This document shows positions 1 to 9,000 of a DNA stretch of 34,724 bases, piece by piece. The first letter of the stretch is position 1. The number at the start of each line of letters is the position of its first letter. The stretch is taken from positions 1 to 34,724 of the IMG/VR virus record IMGVR_UViG_3300020182_000100, one strand, 5' to 3'. Below the pieces are notes generated by a model. It was given only the letters and a program-made list of their open reading frames with translations, made no database searches and was not told where the DNA came from. Origin of the DNA: a virus. Taxonomy: Duplodnaviria; Caudoviricetes. A program made the position numbers and the translations under genes.

Positions 1-36
1 GAAGAGGCGCTGAGAAAGTAATGCTCTTGGTGACGC

Positions 37-513
37 ATGATTGATCCAGTTACAGCATTTGCCGTTGCGCAGACCGCGGTCGCTGCGATCAAACGAGGCA
101 TAGAGCTAGGCAAGGACATCGGCGGAATATCGTCTGATCTGGCCACGTTTGCTGGCGCTATCTCCGATGTAAATTTTGCCCACAAAGCCGCAGAGAATGC
201 ACCATGGTACGCGGTCCTGTTTGATACAGGCGGCCCCAATGCAATGGAGATTTTTGCCCAGCGGAAACAAGCGGAGGCGATGCGTGCGGAAATTAAACAG
301 TACATTCAGTTCAGCTACGGCCAAAGTGCGTGGGAAGAGCTGCTTCATATTGAGGCGCAGGTGCGCAAGGAACGGAAGGCGACTCTGTACCGCCAAGCAG
401 AGGTTAAGCAGTCGATCATAGAGTGGGTGCTGGGATTGTTGATCGTGGCATCTGGATTTGCTGGAGTGGCGTTTTTGATATACTTTATCGGTAAACAGCA
501 AGGACGATGGTGA
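37..513 (+). CDS. Phage protein with a C-terminal transmembrane helix (possible holin/antiholin)
   Basis: 158-aa ORF. Hydrophobic segment WVLGLLIVASGFAGVAFLIYFIG near the C-terminus. Stop overlaps the amidase start (TGATG). Function inferred from position only. Confidence 0.55.
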   Translation: MIDPVTAFAVAQTAVAAIKRGIELGKDIGGISSDLATFAGAISDVNFAHKAAENAPWYAVLFDTGGPNAMEIFAQRKQAEAMRAEIKQYIQFSYGQSAWEELLHIEAQVRKERKATLYRQAEVKQSIIEWVLGLLIVASGFAGVAFLIYFIGKQQGRW

Positions 514-1169
514 TGCGAAAGATTGACGAGCTTATAATCCACTGCACGGCTACACGCGCGGAGTGGATGAGCGACAACAGCACGGTAGCTAAGGTCAAAG
601 AGGTCACGAAGTGGCACTTGGATAGGGGCTGGAGCGACTGCGGCTATCATTACCTTATCGACAGGGATGGGACTGTCTCCGAGGCTCGCCCTGTCGATAA
701 GGCTGGCGCTCATGCCAAGGGTCACAACGCTCACTCAATCGGCATCTCGATCTTTGGAGGTCATGGAGGCGATCAGGACGACAAGTTTGATGTCCACTTC
801 ACGGCAGAGCAGGATCGTGCATTGCGCAGGCTCATTGCCCAGCTTCGTATGGAGTACCCAGCCATCAAGACTGTCCGAGGGCACAACGAAGTGTCTGCCA
901 AAATGTGCCCATGTTTTCAGGTGACGCCATGGCTGAACAGCGCGGAAGCGGAGAAGAAACCAGAGCGGAAACGGATTGCTCAGACCAAGACAATCCAAGC
1001 TTCTTCTGTTGCCAAGATGGCATCTGTCGCCACACCCCTTGTTGGGGTAGTCGGTGGGCTGCCGTGGCAAAACCTAGCTATAATGGGGGTTCTAGCAGTA
1101 GTGGCGATGGTAGCGCTGGGCGTGATTGATCTTGAGCGACTTAAAAAGTGGGACAAAGGTGACCGCTGA
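513..1169 (+). CDS. Endolysin, N-acetylmuramoyl-L-alanine amidase (T7 lysozyme/Amidase_2 family) with C-terminal hydrophobic segments
   Basis: Motifs IIHCTAT, GWSDCGYHYLI, GAHAKGHN, GHNE and KMCPCF match the T7 lysozyme Zn ligands (His, His, Cys) and catalytic Tyr/Lys. Start taken at ATG 513 (AGGA at 501-504); the ORF track opens at 507. Confidence 0.92.
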   Translation: MRKIDELIIHCTATRAEWMSDNSTVAKVKEVTKWHLDRGWSDCGYHYLIDRDGTVSEARPVDKAGAHAKGHNAHSIGISIFGGHGGDQDDKFDVHFTAEQDRALRRLIAQLRMEYPAIKTVRGHNEVSAKMCPCFQVTPWLNSAEAEKKPERKRIAQTKTIQASSVAKMASVATPLVGVVGGLPWQNLAIMGVLAVVAMVALGVIDLERLKKWDKGDR

Positions 1170-1411
1170 TGTTTCTACTGGGCAAGATCAAGGTGTACGC
1201 AGCGCTGCTCGGTGCTGCTGCGCTGGCTGTCGTGACTGTTTATTACCGTGGCCGTGCTGACGGTATAACGGAAATGGAATATGAGATAAAAGATGATCGG
1301 CTGGAAAAGCTGCTCAAAGCAAAGGATGTGCAAGATGAAATTCAATCTCTTGACGACGATGATATTGCCACTCGTGCTTCTAAGTGGGTGCGGAGCGACA
1401 ATAGCGGGTGA
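1169..1411 (+). CDS. Putative inner-membrane spanin (Rz-like)
   Basis: N-terminal TM (VYAALLGAAALAVVTVYY), then a charged helical region. Directly after the endolysin and overlapping a lipoprotein ORF. Confidence 0.7.
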   Translation: MFLLGKIKVYAALLGAAALAVVTVYYRGRADGITEMEYEIKDDRLEKLLKAKDVQDEIQSLDDDDIATRASKWVRSDNSG

Positions 1412-1544
1412 CACTTACTGCGACATTGCCTCGCCGCTGTACTTTGATAGCCTAAAGACATCGGAGTGGCTCATTGAACATGACCGCAAGTTGCTCACCG
1501 GCATCATAATTAACAACGAAGTACATGAGAAGTTATGTCGGTAA
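1335..1544 (+). CDS. Putative outer-membrane spanin lipoprotein (Rz1-like)
   Basis: From ATG 1335 (AAGGA at 1322-1326): MKFNLLTTMILPLVLLSGC, a signal peptide with lipobox LSGC. Overlaps the 3' part of the i-spanin gene in another frame. Confidence 0.75.
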   Translation: MKFNLLTTMILPLVLLSGCGATIAGDTYCDIASPLYFDSLKTSEWLIEHDRKLLTGIIINNEVHEKLCR

Positions 1545-1658
1545 AAACGTACCAAGATTGCCGCTGCTACGGACCCGCATTGAGTTTACAGCAAAATGTT
1601 GCTACTACAGTAGTACATCCACCACCCGTATTCGGGTTAGATATGTAACGGATACGAT

Positions 1659-3506
1659 ATGCCCTTAAAGAAACTGCTATTAAAGTCTGGCGTTAACCGC
1701 GAAAACACCCGCTACACAAGCGAAGGTGGCTGGTATGAATGCGACAAGATACGTTTTCGGCAGGGTACACCCGAGAAGATCGGCGGGTGGCAACGTATCT
1801 CCAGCACTACGTTCCAAGGCGTGTGTCGTTCTTTGTGGAACTGGGTGACTCTTAACAGTCAAAACCTCATCAGTGTCGGCACGAACCTGAAGTTCTACCT
1901 CGAACAGGGTGGGGCGTACAACGACATTACTCCTATACGAGACACAGTCACGCTGACTGACCCGTTCGAGACCACTTCGGGTTCGCCTATCGTGGTTGTC
2001 ACGGACGCAAACGACGGATTTACAGACGGTGACTTCGTCACGTTCAGTGGCGCTACCGCTGTAGGTGGTATTACGGTAGACGGCGAATATCAGATCACTC
2101 TCACCACAACGACCAACGAGTACACGATTGACGTAGGCACGGCTGCTACGGGCACAGCGACGGGTGGGGGAACAGTTACCGCGACGTACCAAATCAACAC
2201 TGGTGCTGCGTTTGCGATACCTCGAACCGGTTGGGGTGCGTCCTTTTGGGGTTCAGGTACGTGGGGTATCGGGGCTACTTCTACCAACGCTATTCGCTTG
2301 TGGAGTCAAGGTAACTTCGGTGAAGACCTTATTTTTGGTCCCCGCGGCGGTCCTATCTATTACTGGGATGCGACGAGTGGTATAGCCGCAAGAGGCGTTG
2401 AGCTATCGACTCTGGCCGGTGCGTCCGACGTGCCAACGTCACAGCGAATGATTGAAATATCAGACATTAACCGATTTGTTTTCGCTTTCGGGGCGAACGA
2501 GTTTGCAAGTGTTACTGTTAACCCGATGCTGATCCGCTGGTCTGACCAAGGCAGTGCGATTGATTGGACTCCGTCTGTCACGTCGCAGGCAGGGTTTCTC
2601 ACACTCTCCCGAGGCAGTGAAATCGTCTCCGCAAAACAGTCTCGCCAAGAGGTGCTCGTGTGGACTGATGCTGCCCTGTACGCCCTGCAGTATGTAGGGG
2701 CTCCCGTTGTGTGGAGTGCGCAGTTGGTGGGTGAAAACATCTCTATCGCCGGTCAGAACGCTGTAGCTTACGCCAACGGTGTCTCTTACTGGATGGGTAA
2801 AGACAAGTTCTACAAGTACGATGGTCGCGTGCAGCCGCTCCGCTGCGACCTGCGCAAGTTTATCTTCGATGATTTTAACGACCAACAGTACGATCAGGTA
2901 ACCGCAGGTACAAACGAGTCGTATCACGAAGTGTGGTGGTTCTACTGTTCTAACGACGCCACACAGAACGACCGGTACGTTGTGTACAACTACCTTGAAG
3001 ATGTTTGGTATTACGGCACCATGTCTCGTACTGCATGGCTGGACTCTGGCCTACGGGATAACCCACTGGCCGCTACGTACAGCAACAATCTCGTGAACCA
3101 CGAACAAGGTGTAGATGACAATGAGACGGCCACTACGCTACCGATTCACGCCTATGTAGCCTCGGCGGAGTTCGACCTCGAAGACGGGCACCAGTTTGCC
3201 TTTGTGTGGCGCATCTTGCCTGACATTCGCTTCGACGGTTCTACAGCTGCGGCACCTAGCGCCACTATGACCCTGCTGCCTTTGGCTAACTCAGGTTCGG
3301 GGTACAACAGCCCTGCATCGGTCGGTGGCAGTAACAGTCGGGCCGTATCGCGCTCTGCCGTATTACCTATCGAGGCGTTCACTGGGCAGATTTTCACTCG
3401 CGTGCGGGGGCGTCAGATGGCTATGAAAGTCGAGTCCACCGGAGAAGGTGTGACGTGGCAGCTGGGCGCACCGAGAATTGATATGCGTCCTGACGGGAGG
3501 CGGTAA
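1659..3506 (+). CDS. Tail stabilisation/nozzle protein (P22 gp10 / tail tubular B-like)
   Basis: 615 aa, beta-rich, with Trp/Tyr propeller-like motifs (IRWSDQ, VLVWTD, YWMGKDKFYKYDG, EVWWFY, RTAWLD) and C-terminal RPDGRR. Thr/Gly-rich insert at about aa 95-180. Lies upstream of the ejection genes. Confidence 0.75.
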   Translation: MPLKKLLLKSGVNRENTRYTSEGGWYECDKIRFRQGTPEKIGGWQRISSTTFQGVCRSLWNWVTLNSQNLISVGTNLKFYLEQGGAYNDITPIRDTVTLTDPFETTSGSPIVVVTDANDGFTDGDFVTFSGATAVGGITVDGEYQITLTTTTNEYTIDVGTAATGTATGGGTVTATYQINTGAAFAIPRTGWGASFWGSGTWGIGATSTNAIRLWSQGNFGEDLIFGPRGGPIYYWDATSGIAARGVELSTLAGASDVPTSQRMIEISDINRFVFAFGANEFASVTVNPMLIRWSDQGSAIDWTPSVTSQAGFLTLSRGSEIVSAKQSRQEVLVWTDAALYALQYVGAPVVWSAQLVGENISIAGQNAVAYANGVSYWMGKDKFYKYDGRVQPLRCDLRKFIFDDFNDQQYDQVTAGTNESYHEVWWFYCSNDATQNDRYVVYNYLEDVWYYGTMSRTAWLDSGLRDNPLAATYSNNLVNHEQGVDDNETATTLPIHAYVASAEFDLEDGHQFAFVWRILPDIRFDGSTAAAPSATMTLLPLANSGSGYNSPASVGGSNSRAVSRSAVLPIEAFTGQIFTRVRGRQMAMKVESTGEGVTWQLGAPRIDMRPDGRR

Positions 3507-4129
3507 TGGCTAACGAGATACAGAAGCCTATACCCCCTGCGCTTCCCCTACCCACGGAACAGTACAATCGACCCTTTATGGATCAGACGTTCAACGTACT
3601 GCGCTTGTTCTTCAACGGACTTACGACCACAGTTAACTCACTGTTGAGCACTGACGACGGCGGTAAAGCCCTCTACATGCCGCGAGGGTTGTTTTACAGC
3701 ACCGTAGACCAAGCAGCCGCGGCTACCAGTACGGGGTACCCTGTAGGGTTTGAAAACACCTACATCGGCAACGGTGTAAGTATCGCAGGGGCGGACGACA
3801 CTCGGATTACCGTGTCAGCGGACGGGATATATAACTTCCAAGTTACGTTGACGACCCAGCATACGAACTCATCAGACGTTACGATTTGGACTTGGATTAA
3901 CAAAGATGGTACTGACGTGCCGTATGGCGCACAGAAACAGACGGTCAAAGGTAACGGCGACAAAGCGATATACTGGAACTTCTCCATAGACCTCACAGCA
4001 GGGCAGTATATCGAGATGTATTGGGCGACGAGCGACACCGCACTCAGCCTGCATACCGAAGCAGCTACAGCGCCACATCCGGGAGTTCCGTCAGCTATTG
4101 TAGCTGTCTCGTTCGTCAGTAACTTGTAA
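3506..4129 (+). CDS. Tail protein with a C1q/TNF-like jelly-roll C-terminal domain
   Basis: N-terminal LPLPTEQY helix followed by C1q-like strands (RITVSADGIYNFQVT, IDLTAGQYIEMYW). Overlaps the upstream stop (TAATG). Confidence 0.6.
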   Translation: MANEIQKPIPPALPLPTEQYNRPFMDQTFNVLRLFFNGLTTTVNSLLSTDDGGKALYMPRGLFYSTVDQAAAATSTGYPVGFENTYIGNGVSIAGADDTRITVSADGIYNFQVTLTTQHTNSSDVTIWTWINKDGTDVPYGAQKQTVKGNGDKAIYWNFSIDLTAGQYIEMYWATSDTALSLHTEAATAPHPGVPSAIVAVSFVSNL

Positions 4130-4152
4130 GCAGTGCGCTCCTGTAGTAAGAT
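4124..4152 (+). promoter_or_regulatory. Candidate sigma70-type promoter upstream of the ACP gene
   Basis: TTGTAA (4124-4129), 17-nt spacer, TAAGAT (4147-4152), 28 nt before the ACP ATG. Confidence 0.4.
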
Positions 4153-4180
4153 ATAGGCACCCTTAACAGATAGGTGCAAA

Positions 4181-4465
4181 ATGGACTTCATAGAACTATT
4201 CGACGCGGTAGTGCGCGATTGCAAACCGATGCTAGATGATTACGTAAAACCCGAAAACATGGACGTCGAGCTGGCAAACCTCGGGCTAGACAGCTTAGAT
4301 TACGTCCTAGTCTTTATGACCCTTGGGGACATGCACGGTATCCCAGAGGAGATTGCGGACAGCCCTCCAGAATTAAACACTCTGCAGGACGCAAAAGACT
4401 TTATTGACGAGCACAGAGTCAGGACGTTCGATTCAGTAGAAGAAGCTATGAGGTCAATAAAATGA
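4181..4465 (+). CDS. acpP: Acyl carrier protein
   Basis: 94-aa acidic protein. LANLGLDSLDYV is the phosphopantetheine attachment motif (Ser38); the helix IV motif TLQDAKDFI is also present. Confidence 0.88.
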   Translation: MDFIELFDAVVRDCKPMLDDYVKPENMDVELANLGLDSLDYVLVFMTLGDMHGIPEEIADSPPELNTLQDAKDFIDEHRVRTFDSVEEAMRSIK

Positions 4466-5562
4466 TATATCTGACTCACTGCGATACCGCTTACACCGAG
4501 ACCGCTACCTTAGTGGGCGACATACGATACCCACAACATGCTCACATCATACCGGAGACGTTCCGACGCGCTAAATCGGGGCTCTCATACCCACCGCACA
4601 AGCTGCTGGAGAGTGTTGTCACACAAGACGCACGGGATTACGTGCGAGATAACGCCACCTCGGGAAAGACTGCATTCATCTTCGCCGCGGGTAATCAAGG
4701 CTGGATGGGTAACAACGGGCGGTACGACAAGAACCCCGAGGCAGAGCTGCACTACAAGGTGAAGGTACCGTTTATCGTGCTGACCAACATATATGCAGGC
4801 CGTATAGCCAGTATGTTTGGCCCTGTAGACCACGTGTCTACTGACGCAAGTGCCTGCGCATCTAGTCTCAAAGTGTTGATGGATGTGTACAACCTAGTAA
4901 CGAACTACGGGTTCACCCGCGTTATTGTGTTGAGCGGTGAGGATGCAGTGAACAACCTCTCGTTGGAGTTCTTTGGTGAGGCCGGTGCTAGTATACAGGC
5001 GGAGCAGGACATGAAACCCTCGGCGTTTGACGATGAGAATCAGGGGTTCTATTTAGGACAAGGTGCAGTTTTGTCTGTGTTTGAGACCGACCCTACCAAA
5101 CAACCACTGGCTAAATTCCTTGGGGCCTACAGCGCAGCGGAAGATAATACTAACCCGCTGGGGCAACGAGAGGACGGCGCTGGGTACAGTAAAGCAATAG
5201 AAGGCGCTTTGTGGGTAGCCAAAACCCCTGCAGATAGTGTACAAATGGTCAAAACGCATGGTACTGGCACACCAGTCAACAATGCTGCAGAGAAAACGGC
5301 CCTTACACGTACCCTACCTGAGTTTGTGGCAACGTCTTACAAACCACGTATCGGACACACCATGGGGGCCAGCGGATTGTTGGAGACCTCTCTCATGCTT
5401 AGAGACATTAAAAACGGCAAACTACCTGCAATTCAGAACCGTACGGTTTCTGATCCTGTCTTCGTGTCTGAAGACACCCCCGTGCGGGGTGACAAGTTCA
5501 TCAGCCTAGCTGCAGGTATGGGTAACATCTACTCTGCCGCACTCTTTTCGACGGAGGTGTGA
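4462..5562 (+). CDS. fabF: Beta-ketoacyl-ACP synthase (FabF/FabB-like ketosynthase), divergent
   Basis: Cys-His-His triad intact: DASACASS (Cys132), KTHGTGTPVN (His266), YKPRIGHTMGASG (Lys294/His299). Also PSAFD..NQGFYLGQGA. ATGA overlap with the ACP stop. Confidence 0.9.
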   Translation: MIYLTHCDTAYTETATLVGDIRYPQHAHIIPETFRRAKSGLSYPPHKLLESVVTQDARDYVRDNATSGKTAFIFAAGNQGWMGNNGRYDKNPEAELHYKVKVPFIVLTNIYAGRIASMFGPVDHVSTDASACASSLKVLMDVYNLVTNYGFTRVIVLSGEDAVNNLSLEFFGEAGASIQAEQDMKPSAFDDENQGFYLGQGAVLSVFETDPTKQPLAKFLGAYSAAEDNTNPLGQREDGAGYSKAIEGALWVAKTPADSVQMVKTHGTGTPVNNAAEKTALTRTLPEFVATSYKPRIGHTMGASGLLETSLMLRDIKNGKLPAIQNRTVSDPVFVSEDTPVRGDKFISLAAGMGNIYSAALFSTEV

Positions 5563-5563
5563 T

Positions 5564-6034
5564 ATGAACGCGATCAACAGTAAAAAGACTCCACTCCCGG
5601 CACCAGAAGTACTCATCCGCTTCGTCGAGGACTTTAACGACACCGAGTACCCCAAAGAAAAAGTGCTGTTAGCTCTAGCTGGAGAGCTAGGTATGCCTGA
5701 GACAGATCAAGTGCAGATCGGCAACACAGTGTTTCTCGGGCAGCGTGGCAAGGGTGAGTACAAGAACGTGATGGTCGGGCGTGCGCTTAACATAGACACG
5801 GCTCGTAACTTTATGAACAACGGGTTGAAGTACATTGCGTACCTGCAGAGTAAAGGTATTCAGCACTACCGTACTGATTTCAACAACAAGGAATACCTGA
5901 CAGCGTTTCAGTTCTGGTTCAACCAGAGTCAAGGGACTGACACAGAGATCGGTGTCGACGCTTTGCCGGACGGAACTTACCGCGCACAGATATTCATCGG
6001 GGAAGAATCCCTACAAAGGTTTTGGAGTGTGTAG
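5564..6034 (+). CDS. Hypothetical protein, predicted GNAT-like acyltransferase fold
   Basis: 156 aa. Apparent helix-helix-strand-strand-strand-helix(ARNFMNNGLKYIAYLQSKG)-strand(IQHYRTDF)-helix order resembles GNAT topology. The fold is inferred by eye. Confidence 0.45.
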   Translation: MNAINSKKTPLPAPEVLIRFVEDFNDTEYPKEKVLLALAGELGMPETDQVQIGNTVFLGQRGKGEYKNVMVGRALNIDTARNFMNNGLKYIAYLQSKGIQHYRTDFNNKEYLTAFQFWFNQSQGTDTEIGVDALPDGTYRAQIFIGEESLQRFWSV

Positions 6035-9000
6035 ATGCCAGTCCTAGTCCCCTTATTGCTTGGTGCAGGCGCAGGCGCACTCGCGGTTACAGCGGGAGCA
6101 ACAGTCGCTACCGCTGCCGTTGTAGGCGTAGGCGCAGCAGTCATATCTAAAAAGACAGGTCTCTCGGACGCGGTTTACGAGGTGATTGTTGAACCTGTCG
6201 GCAAGCTGATAAAGAAGGTAGTTGGGTCCGACCTCGGCAATGCGGTGCTCAAGGTAGCGGCGGTAGCCACCCTTAACACGTGGGCAATACCTCTAATCGA
6301 CGGCGCTAAAGTAGCCGCTAACGGTGGTAATGTAGGCGATGTGCTAAAAGCCGCGGCCATATCCTATGTTGGGCAGACTGTCGGAGACGTAACCGGTAAA
6401 TTTGTAACGAGCGCTCTCGTCGACGCAGGTGCTTCTGACTTCATAATAAAAACAGTCGCATCGGGGGCAAAAAGTGCAACCAGAGCAATGGTGTACGGTC
6501 AAGACCCACTCAAGGCGTTTGCTCAAGGCGGTCTTACAGCTGCGGTGTCCGCCGGGTTGGGTGAAGTCGACACTAAACTACGAGAAACCTACGGCAAATC
6601 GTTTGAGAGCCTAGACGCCAAAGTAAAACAATCCGTATTTTCGGGACTTAAAACCGAACTTAGTGGGGGAGATTTAACCTCCGGTCAGGTTGGCGACATT
6701 ATTGCCAAGTACACTGGTGCTTCAACTGTAGTTAATGAGTTCCTAAAAGATAACGTGGGACTTACCGCGGAGGCCGCGGAGGTACTTACTCGTGCCGTTA
6801 CTGACGGCGTATCAACTGCCATTGCCGGTGGTTCCGGCCTCGATGCCTTTAGTGGTAGTTTGAGTGCCGCGGGCGCTGCAGCCCTAAAGAAAATTATAGA
6901 CAAACCAGTATACAAAGCGATTGACAAAGTCACTGGAGCGTACCGCAAGACGGAAAAGGCGGCTGATGCCCTGACCGCACAGTCGGAAAAAGCCGCCAAA
7001 ACGGCTGAGGCCAGGAACGGGCAGGTGGATAAAGCGAACAGTGCCGTTAAGTCTTATAACGCCCTTCAAGGAGAGCTGGCACGTAAACTACGATACCAAG
7101 ACCGTTTAGAGTCCGAATACGATGCGGCGTTAAAGAAATACAACGGCAACAAGACGCAGGCTAACGCTAATGCAGTGACCGCGGCCATTAACGCCTTCAA
7201 CAAGTATTCAACGATCCTCAAGACAGACTATGACGATAACTACAAAGACCAGATGGCGGGGTACAAAAAAACTGCTAACACCGCAAATGCTAGGGCGGCT
7301 AAGTTGAAGGCCACCTTAGACACGCAAAACGCTGGGGTTACAAAACTACAGTCAGTTTATGACGACGCACTGAAGTGGGTGGTTACGGAGACAGATAACC
7401 TAGACGGGGCGCTAAAGCCAAAGCTGGTCGAGGTGAACAAAGCTGTAGCTCTCACACTGCGCCCTAATATCGACGAAGACGCGTACCGTGAGATGAACGG
7501 TCTCGAAGCAGGGGTCGATGTATACGAGCACTTCTTGCAGCAGGGGCAGCAGTTACCCACTGATTTTGACGGCACAAAACAACTGTTGGCCTCAAGCCAT
7601 GGCGACCTCATTCGGCAGGTTCTAGCCACAGAAGGCATGAACGTCTCCAGTATGGAGCCTGAATCGTTGCGTGCAGTCGCTGCACATGTGGTCAACAATG
7701 TTAAAAACATAAAGGACATAACGGGCCTAGATTTCGGCAGTTTTGCCCGTGAAGCCCTTACAAAAGCCCGAGACGCTACTCCAAAAGGGGGCGTGCTCCC
7801 TACAGGATTCTCTCGTGAAGACGGCGTGCGCGATTCTGATATTGCAAACGGTTCAGCCTCACTAGGTGTCACTTCCACTGGCGAAATGCAGTGGCAAAAC
7901 ACTGCGAAAGTGTACGACAGGCTTACCGGCAGTGGTTCGGGTAGCTATACAATAGAAGACGTAGAGAAGTCTCTGGCCGCGCAGGTGGGCGCTGGAGTCT
8001 CAGTTAAGTTTACAGGTACACCGCCTACGCTCGTTGATATGATTAACACAGCGATGGAGGGGGATTTTGGGACGTTATCTACTTCTGCACTCGGGACTAT
8101 CGCGTCACTAAACGACAAAGCTGGTCAGCTGTTAGATACGTACGTAATTGCCCCGATTTACGAAGACGCTAAAAACGTGTATAACGGCTTGAACGTGCTA
8201 ACAGGTGGCGGTCTTGGCAACGCAGGTAGTATCGCCGTCGGTGCGGGGGGTGAACTACTTCAAGCGGTGGCTGGCCTATCCGTACTTGCAGGAGCTAACC
8301 CAAACAACGCCCTTGGCCGTGCCGCTAAAAACATGATCGCCCTCAGTGGTGATATGAAATCCGACGAGTGGAAAGCCGCAGCGAAAGAGATGGAGGCCAA
8401 CTCCGCAGCCTACGACGAGAAGTGGCGTGAAGATAACCCCGGCCAAGAGCCGTCTATGGCTATGAAGGGGCTTCTTAAAGCTCAAGCTATTTGGGGAAAT
8501 ATCCAAAACCACCCTCTGCAGTGGGTTTCTGAGAATGTCGTCAGTGAACTTTTGCAGGAGGTACCTATCCTGCTCGCTTCGGGCGGCACCGGGAACGTAG
8601 CGAAGCGCCTGCTCCTCGAAGCTGGGGAAGCTCAAGCTAAAAAAGTAGCCGCGCGTGTGGCCATTGGTACTGGTGTTACCCTTGACGCTGCAGAAGCCTT
8701 CGGCGGTACCGCTGCAGGTGCCTTTGATGAGGCTTACGACACCGCGCTTAACTCGGGCATGGATGAGCAGCAGGCTACTGACTACGCTATGGATGTCGCT
8801 CAGAAGGCAGGTAGTATAGCGGTTCTAACGCTCGCCGCCACTGCGGGTATCGGTGGTCAGGCACTCTCGAAGTCCATATTCGGTGACAAAGGCAGTAAAA
8901 CATTTACTGACCAGTACAACGTAATAAAAGACAAAGTGGTCGAAGGCGCAAAAGTAACAGTAAAAGAAGGCGTTACTGAGTTTGTCGAGGAAGCCCTTCC

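Noticed and set aside
1545-1658. Short palindromes and a possible promoter upstream of the tail gene
   Set aside because: The inverted repeats are only 5-6 bp and the best -35/-10 pair has a 15-nt spacer; too weak to call.
4181-5562. ACP/KS as host contamination or a full PKS/FAS cluster
   Set aside because: The genes abut phage genes on both sides on the same strand, and no reductase, dehydratase, chain-length factor or malonyl transferase is present.
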